DNA of 64,000 bases from a virus (taxonomy: Duplodnaviria; Caudoviricetes): IMG/VR virus record IMGVR_UViG_3300020151_001495, positions 52,131-116,130 of that record. One strand, written 5' to 3'. The notes beneath the pieces are model-generated. The model worked only from the letters and a program-made list of their open reading frames with translations. It was not told the DNA's origin and did not search any database. Below, one piece after another: positions 54,812 through 64,000 of the stretch; position 1 is the first letter of the stretch; each line of letters starts with the position of its first letter. A program made the position numbers and the translations under genes.

Positions 54812-55945
54812 TTACTGAGCCCATCTGGACACCGCATTTACATACGCTGCCATTGGTCCTTCGTAGAAATCTTGATTCTTTTCAACAAGGTCTTCCACAT
54901 AATTTGATTGTACTCTTGGGAAATAATTCTCCTTAATGGTTTCAATCTTGTCACGGAAAGATTCTTCACTAATAAACTCAACACCTTCTGCAAGGCTGAA
55001 CATCTTTTCTTTTTGTGTATCTGCTAAACTATCGGATACTTCTGCAATGATTCCATTTTTAATATAAGAACCGATTTCTTTGTTTAGCTCAACATTAACT
55101 TCAATCTGTTCGTTGAGTTTTTCCTCCATTTCATCTAGTCGAGTTGCCATTTCGGCAACCACATCTTGTTGCTCTTCGGGAAGATTAATATTATTCTCAA
55201 TAAAGAGATTTGCAAGACCAGTCATGAGATTTTCTGCAATCTCGGTCTTGATGCCGTTGTCAATAGCAAGTGAATTTTCAGCAATCCACTGCTCGGCAAC
55301 ATACTCTAGGTGAGCATCTACACGAGTCTCTAGAGACTCAGCAATTTCTTCAATTTCTTCTTGAAGTCTTTGCTCGTATAGTGCTTCAAACTTTTCTAGC
55401 TCTTCAACTACTTTTGCTTTTACTGCAGCTTCGAAGATAGTTGCGGCCTTGGCCATGAAGTGCTCAGAAAGCTCTTCCCCATGGAATAGAGCATTTAGGT
55501 CTTCGGTTACATCGATTTCGATTTCCTCAGCCTTCATCTCTGTTTTTTCTTTTTTGGAAGATTTTTTCTTACCTCCTTTTTCATCATCATACTCATCATC
55601 ACATGCTTCTGCTTCTGAAATCACTTCTTCATCATCTAGCTCTTCTTCTTCTCTCATTCCCTTTTGACCAGGAGCTGAGCCTTGAAGACGTTGCATAGCA
55701 TCTGGCGCTTTAGCACCAGTATTTACTTTAGAAGATGACTTTTTCACTTTTGAAGAAGCCTTCTTGCCAATTTCATCGCCTTCTGGTTTTGTGGTGGAAG
55801 AACCACCGAGTTCCTCAGGCGATGCTCCCTGACCAGGAGTGCTGTGTTGTAATTTTTCCATACGATCTCCTGGTTTTGCGTGAGCAGTGACAACGTTTTC
55901 TTCTTCTAGAAATTCGTCAAATTCTGTATCTAATACATTGGACAT
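54812..55945 (-). CDS. gp22: Prohead core scaffold gp22
   Basis: KAATIFEAAV; acidic coiled coil; synteny. Confidence 0.93.
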   Translation of the reverse strand: MSNVLDTEFDEFLEEENVVTAHAKPGDRMEKLQHSTPGQGASPEELGGSSTTKPEGDEIGKKASSKVKKSSSKVNTGAKAPDAMQRLQGSAPGQKGMREEEELDDEEVISEAEACDDEYDDEKGGKKKSSKKEKTEMKAEEIEIDVTEDLNALFHGEELSEHFMAKAATIFEAAVKAKVVEELEKFEALYEQRLQEEIEEIAESLETRVDAHLEYVAEQWIAENSLAIDNGIKTEIAENLMTGLANLFIENNINLPEEQQDVVAEMATRLDEMEEKLNEQIEVNVELNKEIGSYIKNGIIAEVSDSLADTQKEKMFSLAEGVEFISEESFRDKIETIKENYFPRVQSNYVEDLVEKNQDFYEGPMAAYVNAVSRWAQ

Positions 55946-55987
55946 TGAAAAAACCCTCTAGAAATATGTAATATTTTCTAATATTAT

Positions 55988-56641
55988 TTATGAAATTTTG
56001 ATATTACGAAGAAAACTTTCAAAAACTTGAAGTTTTTTCTCGGTAATACTATGTGTAGAACAATTGTTAATTGCTCTTCTGTAATTGTTTATTACCCTTT
56101 CTTCTAACATACCATTATTCCAAATCCATTCTTTTCCTTCCATAATACCTTGAACAAAAGCATCTGGAGCAGATGGATCTGCAACAATATCAGCAGCAGT
56201 GGAAAGCATAAAGTCATCTTTGACTATGTTGACTCCATTTTTTTCTTCAATGGATCCAATACCCCTAGAAGAAACTCCAAGGCAAACTCCAGACTCAAGA
56301 AGAGACTTAGCGATCTTACCCATTGGAGTTTCTAGAATTTGAGCCTTACCAATAAAATTACTTCCTTCTGAACGAAGAGAAACAATCTTATGAGACACTC
56401 TATCTAGGTTAATTGTTGGACTATCAGGATGACCAAGTTCACCAAGAGCACGACCTTTATTTACATAATTTTCGCAGTATGAACCAACTTCACGCTCTAA
56501 AGTCGCAAATGGATACATACGACCATTACGATTTTTTAGATCTGCTTGAAGAAATACTCCTTCAATATAAAGGTTTCTCTTACCACCTTTTTCTTCGGTG
56601 ATAACCTTTATGTTTTCAATTGTTTCGGTGATTAGTTTCAT
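55988..56641 (-). CDS. gp21: Prohead protease gp21
   Basis: NRNGRMY, GELGHP, GVSSRG, DIVADPSAPDA. Confidence 0.97.
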   Translation of the reverse strand: MKLITETIENIKVITEEKGGKRNLYIEGVFLQADLKNRNGRMYPFATLEREVGSYCENYVNKGRALGELGHPDSPTINLDRVSHKIVSLRSEGSNFIGKAQILETPMGKIAKSLLESGVCLGVSSRGIGSIEEKNGVNIVKDDFMLSTAADIVADPSAPDAFVQGIMEGKEWIWNNGMLEERVINNYRRAINNCSTHSITEKKLQVFESFLRNIKIS

Positions 56642-56655
56642 TGTAGTAGGTACAA

Positions 56656-56904
56656 TTAATTTTCTTGGTCTTCTGATTCGTCTTCATACTCTATAAATCC
56701 TTCACCTTGATCAACATAATCATCATCAGTCTCATAATTATTTGAACTAAAAATATTCTGAGAAATTTGAATTTTTCTTAGTTCAACTTGATCTGAAGCT
56801 TTTCCGTATAAAGCATCATAAATTTTTTCATTTGCATTGATATTGTTTCTAGCAATAATACTATCAACAATCTCTTGTGATAAAGACATAAAAATTTCAC
56901 TCAA
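56656..56904 (-). CDS. Small acidic prohead core protein (gp67/68 position)
   Basis: Position between gp20 and gp21; acidic. Confidence 0.65.
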   Translation of the reverse strand: MSEIFMSLSQEIVDSIIARNNINANEKIYDALYGKASDQVELRKIQISQNIFSSNNYETDDDYVDQGEGFIEYEDESEDQEN

Positions 56905-56926
56905 TAAAAATTACAATAACTATTTA

Positions 56927-58585
56927 TTAAAATTTACCTTTATTATAATCAGATGGTGCTATGTAATTTTTAAATTCCGCATCTAGTCCTCCGCCAGCAG
57001 GACCAGCTTCTCCAGATGCAGCCATATCAGGTTGTCCCTGTTGATCTTGTCCTGGGGGAAGTTGTCCTTGCTGATCCATCATTTGAGTTGGATCTTGAAT
57101 AATTCCTAATTGCCTTTCTTTCTCAATCTGCATATCAATTTCTTCAATTTCACCATCAGTTTGTTTGAGAATTTGTCTACGAACATATTCAACAGAAAAA
57201 TACTTTCCAAGATATGGTTCTATTTGATTCACAATATTCATTCTGTCATTGAGAAGCTCAGAATTTTTAAGTTCAGTAAAGTGATTATCAAAGATATAAT
57301 CATACTGAATATATTCTTTCATCTCTTCCCAATCATCTGCAGTGATGATACCTTTGAGAAGAAGTTGAGTTCTTAGTAGATCATTAAACAGATCACTAAA
57401 ACGCTTACGAAGTCTGCCTACAAATTTAGCAAACTTAAGTTCATCTCTAGTGATTTCGTTAGTTCTACCAATAGTAAATGAACTTTCTTGTTCTAGTCTT
57501 GAGAGAGGAATATTTAGAGACTTGTAAAGTTTCTTCTGGAAATACTTGACATCTTCAAGTTCTCCAAGATTTTGTCCACCAGGAAGTGTGGTAATTTCTG
57601 TGCCACGACCACCTTCTCTACGAGGTAGCCAAAAATCTTCAAGCATACTTAAATGTTTACGATCATCACGAATTTCGCCAGTTTGAGAATCATATACAAG
57701 TTTATTTCTGTATCTACCCATGACCTCACGTAGATACTGTTCTGCTTTTACCTTTGGTAAATTACCTACATCAATGTAGAAAATTCTACGTTCTGGTGCT
57801 CGTGAAAGTCTATAGATGACAAGAGAATCTTCAATCATTCGTAGTTGATTGACAGACTTAATAGCTTTATATATATAACTCAAGACCATATTTCTATTAT
57901 GATCAAAGAGTCCAGATGGAACATAGCTTACTGCATCATTTGAAATTTTAATTCCATTTGCGTCAGAACCTTTGAACCCTTTTGGAAAATAGATATAATA
58001 TTCTAAAAATTCTCCGTAGTCATATCTCTGTCCTTCATTTGTAATCAGAGAATCTGCACTTTTGGTTTGTTTTATTTCTCTTACTCTCTTAATTTTTAAA
58101 GAATCAATATATCTTAACTCTTTAATTCCTTCTTTTGGATTATCAAAATCTATAATTTTATGATAATATAGTCTTCCATCAATGTACCAACGACGGAAGA
58201 TGTTATGGCACTTTTTGTCAAAATTAAGTAATCGTAAAATATTTTTAAATTCTTCTCTAATTGATTTCTTAATTTTTTCGCTAACTTCTAAGTTAGATAG
58301 TTCAACTGCGACTGGAGAATAATCCAAATCACTACTAATTGCCTCGTTTACAATATCATCAATAGCACCATCTACTTCTGGGTGCAATGCAATTTCTCTA
58401 TACTTTCGTACAAGTTCAAATTCATTGTTGTGTTGACCAACTCCATCCAAATCTAAATACTGACCAAAATAGGCACCTGCAGCTATTACTGAGGTGCCGT
58501 CGTCATCATTAGGAGGAGCAGGAGAAAAAGCTTTTGCGGGCTTTTTCTTCCTGTCTTCTATAGAAAATCCAAATAACTGAGTCAT
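56927..58585 (-). CDS. gp20: Portal protein gp20
   Basis: RAPERRIFYIDVGNLPK, EDFWLPRREGGRGTEITTLPG. Confidence 0.99.
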   Translation of the reverse strand: MTQLFGFSIEDRKKKPAKAFSPAPPNDDDGTSVIAAGAYFGQYLDLDGVGQHNNEFELVRKYREIALHPEVDGAIDDIVNEAISSDLDYSPVAVELSNLEVSEKIKKSIREEFKNILRLLNFDKKCHNIFRRWYIDGRLYYHKIIDFDNPKEGIKELRYIDSLKIKRVREIKQTKSADSLITNEGQRYDYGEFLEYYIYFPKGFKGSDANGIKISNDAVSYVPSGLFDHNRNMVLSYIYKAIKSVNQLRMIEDSLVIYRLSRAPERRIFYIDVGNLPKVKAEQYLREVMGRYRNKLVYDSQTGEIRDDRKHLSMLEDFWLPRREGGRGTEITTLPGGQNLGELEDVKYFQKKLYKSLNIPLSRLEQESSFTIGRTNEITRDELKFAKFVGRLRKRFSDLFNDLLRTQLLLKGIITADDWEEMKEYIQYDYIFDNHFTELKNSELLNDRMNIVNQIEPYLGKYFSVEYVRRQILKQTDGEIEEIDMQIEKERQLGIIQDPTQMMDQQGQLPPGQDQQGQPDMAASGEAGPAGGGLDAEFKNYIAPSDYNKGKF

Positions 58586-58623
58586 ATTATAAAGTGTACT
58601 TTTCTAGATGTTCAACTATTTAT

Positions 58624-59265
58624 TCAAAGTTTTGTGGTGGTAACTTCGAAGAAATTATACTGGAACTCTACTGTAAACTCTTCAATCTGGTCATTTGCAT
58701 CATATCCAAGATCGATTGCGGAAATTGAAGATGGCCATGCATCAAAGAACTTGTATGCACGAACAACGTCCATTTTAGCATCAGTTCCGTTTGTGTTTAT
58801 AGAAGCTGGAGTCTTGTCTGGAGTAACTCCATCTCTTCCTAGTTGATACACAACCATATCTGCACAATAAGTAAGTGCTCCATTCTTTCCATTACCATAT
58901 CCAAGTTGAGATACGTTTTCGGTTAGGGCGTTGATACCTCTTGACCAAATTTCAAATGCCTTACGAACTTCAAAGTTTCCGTCATTGATGACAGTTACTG
59001 ACCATGGTTCAAATGTTCTGTCTCCAGCAACTTTAAGCATTCTTCCTCTGAATGGAACTTCAATTGTTCCAATATTTGATGCTGGAATTTGAGCAGTTTT
59101 AACTAAAAATTCAGCTTGCTCAGTTGGTCCATTTCCAGAAACATTTGTTCCATCAATATCCACAATACCTTGTAAGGTTGGGAAGTTTAATCTAACGAGG
59201 AATAGATTAGGTCTAGCTCCTCCTTTTGATAACTTCGATTTAAATTCTGTAATACTCCTTGCCAT
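58624..59265 (-). CDS. gp19: Tail tube protein gp19
   Basis: GARPNLF, GDRTFEPW, IEEFTVEFQY. Confidence 0.96.
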   Translation of the reverse strand: MARSITEFKSKLSKGGARPNLFLVRLNFPTLQGIVDIDGTNVSGNGPTEQAEFLVKTAQIPASNIGTIEVPFRGRMLKVAGDRTFEPWSVTVINDGNFEVRKAFEIWSRGINALTENVSQLGYGNGKNGALTYCADMVVYQLGRDGVTPDKTPASINTNGTDAKMDVVRAYKFFDAWPSSISAIDLGYDANDQIEEFTVEFQYNFFEVTTTKL

Positions 59266-59298
59266 TTGTCTATTCTCCTAGGTTTGTATAGAATTAAA

Positions 59299-61341
59299 TT
59301 AGTTTGTTAATTCACCAAAAGAAACACCAGTCCTAGTAGCAACAAAGGTGATAGTGATAAAGTTGATACTTCTTGCTGGCTTAATATAAATTTCAGCATA
59401 AAATTCATTTGCATCAATGATATTTGTTGTGTTATTTGTTTCGTCACATACTACAAGGAAATCATGAATTCCTCTTCTGCCCTGTACATTTCTTAGATAA
59501 GGTTCAACCGCAGATTTAAAGGAACTTCTTGTAATTTCATCATTAATCTCAAATAGTTGATACTTGGAGAATCTTGCAATATTCTTTTCAAGTTCAATGA
59601 ACAGTCTACGAACATTGATTCTATTGAAAGAACTAGGAGATGCAAGTCCTGTTTTATCTCCAAATAGAACGATACCTTGACCTGGGAAGGATACAATAGG
59701 ATTAATTCTAGCAGAGTATAATCTATCTCTTTCAGATTGCTTTGGAGAATATGCTAATTTAGTAGCATTCTTTAGATTTCCTCTGTTATATCCTGCAGGA
59801 GAGAACCAAGTTTCGGAGTTAATTGTTGTATTGATGCAAAGACCAGCAACATCAGCTCCACAAGGAACGTATCTATAAGTATCATTAAACTTATCGTAAA
59901 TATACTTATATCCAGAATCAAAAATAGCATAGGAAGAGCTAGAGATTCCATTGAAGAAATCAATGATGCTATCAGTTTTTGAAGTACTAGAATTTCCGTT
60001 AATTACATCACTTCTTCTTGGAGAAATTACTGCCATGCAGTCCTTTCTAGTTTCTGCGATATCAATTAGCTTTAACGCTCTTGCAGTGCTAACCTTTCCT
60101 GGAATTAGGAAATCAACATCATTAAATGTCTCAGAATCTCTTACTAATTCATATCCATTTGTAACTGCAGTTTCAATGTCAGTTAGATCAGCTACAAAAT
60201 CATAATCAGTTCCGTTTCCTAGGGAGAATCCTACAGTAGAAGATCCAGAAACTGCGATTAGTGGATATACTTTATTTGCACTATTTGCAAGTCCAATTGA
60301 TGCATCAGATCCTCCAAATCCACCTCCCTCAAGTACTACTCTATTTGTAGTACCAATAAAATCTACTCCAGTGGAAGCTCCAGGATATACATAGGAAGAT
60401 TTTGAAGCAATAGTGCTATGGAAGTATGCAACTGTTCCGTCTAGATTAGAAGCATCTTTTGCCTTAGAAACATATGTATACTTTTCTAGTACTGTATTAG
60501 GAGTTCCTGTAATTACACCTTCTTCGTCTAGAACAACAACGTGCATTTCATCGAACTTTCCTCCTTTTGCAACAACACTGGAAGAAGTTCCTGGTTGTGG
60601 TGCAATATCACTCCACTTTTGTCCAGGTGCATATTCTAGATTGTTGTAGTAAGAATTATCTACTGCAGAAATATCTCCTGCAGCGATTAAGGTAACAGGG
60701 GTTCCTGCATTATCAGTGATTGAATATGTAGATAAGCCTGTAGTAGGAAGCTTTTTAGTTGAATCTGCTAAGGTAATCCATAGCTTACCACCACTTCCAG
60801 TAGAATCTACTTTATAAATCCAGCCAGTTCCTACTAGAGTAGTACCGTCTAAAATTCTAATAGCATCTCCAACTACTACAGTTGGATCAGTTCCGCTATA
60901 AGTTACAACCTGATCAGCACCATGGTCAACTGCAACTACCTTAAGAGAATTAAATTTAGCTCCAGCATTTCTTCCTGCAAAATAGAATGCATTACCAGTA
61001 TAATTTTCAAAATCAAACTGATTCTTAATGATAAAATCAGTTAGAGTGGTTGCTGCGTTATATGCAGTCTTCAATTGAATTGAACTACTTGTTGGTCTAA
61101 TTACTGCAGCAATTCCACCATACTGAATTATGGTTAGTGCTGAGTACCAAGATTCGTAGTTATAATCATTTGGCTTTCCAAATGTATCTACTAGCTCTTT
61201 CTCGCTAGAAATATAAGTTACTGTATCAACAGGACCAGTTTCTGCAGCAATTACGACAAGTGCCACATTCTGATCAGATACATTAATGGTTGCTGTTAAA
61301 TCAACCTCTTTTATAGTTACTCCAGGTGAAGCAAACGACAT
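59299..61341 (-). CDS. gp18: Tail sheath protein gp18
   Basis: SPGVTIKEVD, WFSPAG, RINVRRLF, IKPARSINFI. Confidence 0.97.
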   Translation of the reverse strand: MSFASPGVTIKEVDLTATINVSDQNVALVVIAAETGPVDTVTYISSEKELVDTFGKPNDYNYESWYSALTIIQYGGIAAVIRPTSSSIQLKTAYNAATTLTDFIIKNQFDFENYTGNAFYFAGRNAGAKFNSLKVVAVDHGADQVVTYSGTDPTVVVGDAIRILDGTTLVGTGWIYKVDSTGSGGKLWITLADSTKKLPTTGLSTYSITDNAGTPVTLIAAGDISAVDNSYYNNLEYAPGQKWSDIAPQPGTSSSVVAKGGKFDEMHVVVLDEEGVITGTPNTVLEKYTYVSKAKDASNLDGTVAYFHSTIASKSSYVYPGASTGVDFIGTTNRVVLEGGGFGGSDASIGLANSANKVYPLIAVSGSSTVGFSLGNGTDYDFVADLTDIETAVTNGYELVRDSETFNDVDFLIPGKVSTARALKLIDIAETRKDCMAVISPRRSDVINGNSSTSKTDSIIDFFNGISSSSYAIFDSGYKYIYDKFNDTYRYVPCGADVAGLCINTTINSETWFSPAGYNRGNLKNATKLAYSPKQSERDRLYSARINPIVSFPGQGIVLFGDKTGLASPSSFNRINVRRLFIELEKNIARFSKYQLFEINDEITRSSFKSAVEPYLRNVQGRRGIHDFLVVCDETNNTTNIIDANEFYAEIYIKPARSINFITITFVATRTGVSFGELTN

Positions 61342-61399
61342 GTTTATTACCTCTATGAGATTTTTTTCTCAAAACTATTTATTTATCTTTATATTTTAA

Positions 61400-63118
61400 C
61401 TACTGATATTCCCACATATAAGATTTATCGCCATATTCATCCACATTCCACCCACCTCCTCTTTTAGGAGTGTCTACAGAATCCCCATAATATCTAGAAT
61501 TATCTGCCACCATCCAATAGTCTCCTTTCACATCAACAAACTCAGTTTCTGGATCAGTTATGCCATCCAATATAAAACCAAATGGAGCCATATCCTGCTC
61601 AATAGCATCTCTTTGATCTTCAAAAATTCTTTTCCTAACATCATTTGATGTAAGCTCCCTGAAGTAAGGTTGTGTTGCTAACCAAGAAAAAATAACTAAG
61701 CACATTGCAAGGTCATCATTACAACCATCTTCTGCAGAAAATGTATCACTTTTTTGAATAAAGGTTGTCAATTCACTAATAATATCGTAGTCTGGAATTA
61801 TCAATTTATCATCTTCAATTAGTGCCTTTAAGTTTGCACATCCATACTTCTTGACAGCTTTAGTCATTTTGACTCCTAACTGTGCTTTGTTAGAGAATCC
61901 AGTTCCCACAATTTGTCCTGCTCTTCCTTTCATTGCACACATTAGAAGATTATCATATTCAAGATCAAATTGAAGAATATCTGCAACTTGACCTCCAATA
62001 TCATTTACTTCCACTAGAACATTTGCATTATTGTATTTTCTTCCAACTGTATCAATGATGTTCGGAAACAGAATAGGTTTGATCTCATTATTTTTATATT
62101 TTGCAACTAACTTATATGGAATAGTAGTTACATCCATTACAGTAAATGCAGAGTAATCATTCCCAACTCCTCTTGCAACGTCAACGGTCATTACATAATC
62201 ATGACCTTCAATAACTTCTTCATATACATCCAATCCAGCACTTCGTTTAAATGGGTCTTCATACACCATGGTACGAAGTTTATTTGGATTGATAAGAGTA
62301 TCAACAGATCCTAAGAATGTACACTCAAACTCCTGCTCAAACTGTCGTTGAGAAGTGTTTGCAATAGTTTCTTCTTTCCACTTCTGATCTCTTCCTGGAA
62401 CATCCCACCAGTTAACTTCAAGAGGAGTGTAACTGTTCTTTCCTCGTTCTGCATCATGCCAGAACTTATAGAACATGTTCATTCCATTTGGAGTGGAAAT
62501 GATAATAACTTTGGTTGTCTTACCAGATGAAATAGTTGGATATACAGAACTGAAGAACTGTTCTGCAATGTGGTTTGGAATGAACGCAAATTCGTCCAAG
62601 AAAATGATGTTAAAAGAGTTACCACGAACAGCAGATGATGATGTAGAAGCAGCAATGATCTTAGATCCGTTCTCTAGCTCTAGTGATCCACGGTTCCAAG
62701 AACCCACGCCCTGCTGTAGCCATTTAGGTAGATTTTCATATGATAACTGCAGTCGAGACAATAACTCCCTTGAGGTCTCCGCTTTATTTGCAAGAATTGC
62801 TATTTTTACGTTTGGGTTAAAAAGAGCATAGTGAAGAAGGTAAGAAACCACAGTGGTAGACTTACCTGTTTGTCTTGGGAGCTTTGCAATATTGAATCTG
62901 TGCTTATGAAAATTATCAATTAATCTTTCTTGGAACTCCCACATTTTAAAAGGTACTAAACCTTCATCAAGAGAAACAATTTTAATATATTTTTTGGCAA
63001 AATAAATTGGATCTTCTTGACACTTTAAATACTCTTCTAATTGTTCAGAAGTAAATTGAATTTGTACATTAGAAGGTTTTAGGTTGGGATTACCTTTATA
63101 ACTAGATTTTTCACTCAT
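61400..63118 (-). CDS. gp17: Terminase large subunit gp17
   Basis: YKGNPNLK, PRQTGKST, LDEFAF, STPNG, DDLAM. Confidence 0.98.
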   Translation of the reverse strand: MSEKSSYKGNPNLKPSNVQIQFTSEQLEEYLKCQEDPIYFAKKYIKIVSLDEGLVPFKMWEFQERLIDNFHKHRFNIAKLPRQTGKSTTVVSYLLHYALFNPNVKIAILANKAETSRELLSRLQLSYENLPKWLQQGVGSWNRGSLELENGSKIIAASTSSSAVRGNSFNIIFLDEFAFIPNHIAEQFFSSVYPTISSGKTTKVIIISTPNGMNMFYKFWHDAERGKNSYTPLEVNWWDVPGRDQKWKEETIANTSQRQFEQEFECTFLGSVDTLINPNKLRTMVYEDPFKRSAGLDVYEEVIEGHDYVMTVDVARGVGNDYSAFTVMDVTTIPYKLVAKYKNNEIKPILFPNIIDTVGRKYNNANVLVEVNDIGGQVADILQFDLEYDNLLMCAMKGRAGQIVGTGFSNKAQLGVKMTKAVKKYGCANLKALIEDDKLIIPDYDIISELTTFIQKSDTFSAEDGCNDDLAMCLVIFSWLATQPYFRELTSNDVRKRIFEDQRDAIEQDMAPFGFILDGITDPETEFVDVKGDYWMVADNSRYYGDSVDTPKRGGGWNVDEYGDKSYMWEYQ

Positions 63119-63125
63119 AATAAAT

Positions 63126-63905
63126 TTAATTTCTCTTTATATATACATTTTTTTGAGGTTTTGGTTTTTGATAAGCTGGTCCTGTTGTTTTTCTTTCTGC
63201 GGCTGCCCTTTCATTAGGATTATCTGTTCTATTTGCAAGAGTTCTAATTTTTGCTTGCCTTTGAACAGTTTTATGACCAGCACCAATCTCAAAGCTTGCT
63301 TCAGACATAAATTGAGAAAATGATTTTCCTTCACTTATTTTTTCATCAGATGAAAGATATTCCGCAGCAGTATCTACAAAGTCAGCAGCCCTAGTAATCT
63401 TAGATTGAACCCAAGCAGGAAGTTGTTGATTTGATTTGCGAATAACTTTACGAAGCATAGCAATAGATCTTTCCATTTGATCTAACTCAAGGTTAGCCAT
63501 GTATCCTTCATGATCTTTAATTTTGCCAGATGCAATTTCTTTATGATCTTCGTCAATATTTAATCTACGAGTATACATTTCCCATGCACTAGGTCCATAT
63601 GAGCACTCAGGTTTTGTTTCATTTTTTTGACAAAGTTGACAATATCTAACTTCCTGTTGCTCTTCCTTAACGGCTTTCTTTCCGTTTTTCCATTCTCCCT
63701 TGAGTTTCTTTTCCATCTTGAGTAAATGCTTGTAATAGTCTGGAAATTCTGCAATATGTTGAAGAGCAATACCATATGCTGCTTTATGGTCCGTCACATG
63801 TTCTCTTTCTACAGTAGACCCAACTTCTGCTTGACGAATAACATAGTTAACATCAACTCCATGCTTTCTAGCAATCTCTTGCTCTGTGGGAACTTTCTTT
63901 TTCAT
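63126..63905 (-). CDS. Modular hypothetical protein, possibly head-internal
   Basis: EREH...IALQHIAEFPDYY; LPAWVQSKIT; internal KSFSQFMSEA. Confidence 0.7.
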   Translation of the reverse strand: MKKKVPTEQEIARKHGVDVNYVIRQAEVGSTVEREHVTDHKAAYGIALQHIAEFPDYYKHLLKMEKKLKGEWKNGKKAVKEEQQEVRYCQLCQKNETKPECSYGPSAWEMYTRRLNIDEDHKEIASGKIKDHEGYMANLELDQMERSIAMLRKVIRKSNQQLPAWVQSKITRAADFVDTAAEYLSSDEKISEGKSFSQFMSEASFEIGAGHKTVQRQAKIRTLANRTDNPNERAAAERKTTGPAYQKPKPQKNVYIKRN

Positions 63906-64000
63906 TAGTAAATCTCCCTCCATTGAAGTGCTGCTCTGATTGTTCCAGCGTTATTACCAATATTTGTTGCTAACACAACATATACTTCTGATGAAGTAGA
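63905..64000 (-). CDS. C-terminal end of an ORF entering from outside the window
   Basis: ...EVYVVLATNIGNNAGTIRAALQWREIY*; TAATG coupling. Confidence 0.6.
   Translation of the reverse strand, partial: STSSEVYVVLATNIGNNAGTIRAALQWREIY

Noticed and set aside
23121-63118. Introns or inteins in nrdA, nrdB, gp41, gp43, gp17 and gp20
   Set aside because: All are uninterrupted and of ordinary length.
1-64000. Stop-codon reassignment
   Set aside because: Core genes are full length under the standard code, TAA, TAG and TGA all end genes, and no suppressor tRNA was seen.

Overview
This 64 kb window comes from an AT-rich T4-like cyanomyovirus genome. Almost all genes are on the minus strand. Reading in transcription direction (right to left), it holds the head/tail module (gp17-gp23, gp3), then recombination, transcription and replication genes (uvsY, uvsW, gp55, gp47/46, CobS-like AAA+/VWA pair, gp45/44/62, regA, hsp20, gp43, uvsX, gp41, mazG, gp61, nrdA/B). 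Next come probable internal head proteins and an accessory region at about 7.5-22 kb with cell-wall hydrolases, 9 recognisable tRNA genes, 2 tRNA-like elements, several structured ncRNAs, a cyanobacterial SLH porin, two hli genes, petF, lysozyme and an intronless psbA. The window ends with nrdC, rnh, thyX, a denV-like gene, phoH, gp33, gp59 and the 5' part of gp32. Many near-consensus sigma70 promoters and T4-type late promoters are visible. The strongest novel signal is a tRNA-Asn(GUU) gene (17225-17342) whose anticodon is interrupted by a 46-nt insert that is itself a miniature tRNA (8-bp acceptor, 4-bp T-stem, UUCGAUU T-loop, discriminator). RNase P and RNase Z cuts on this insert would excise it exactly and leave ligatable ends that rebuild the GUU anticodon. 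It lies back-to-back with a free-standing HNH endonuclease gene. All calls come from reading the sequence and recognising motifs; no searches were run.
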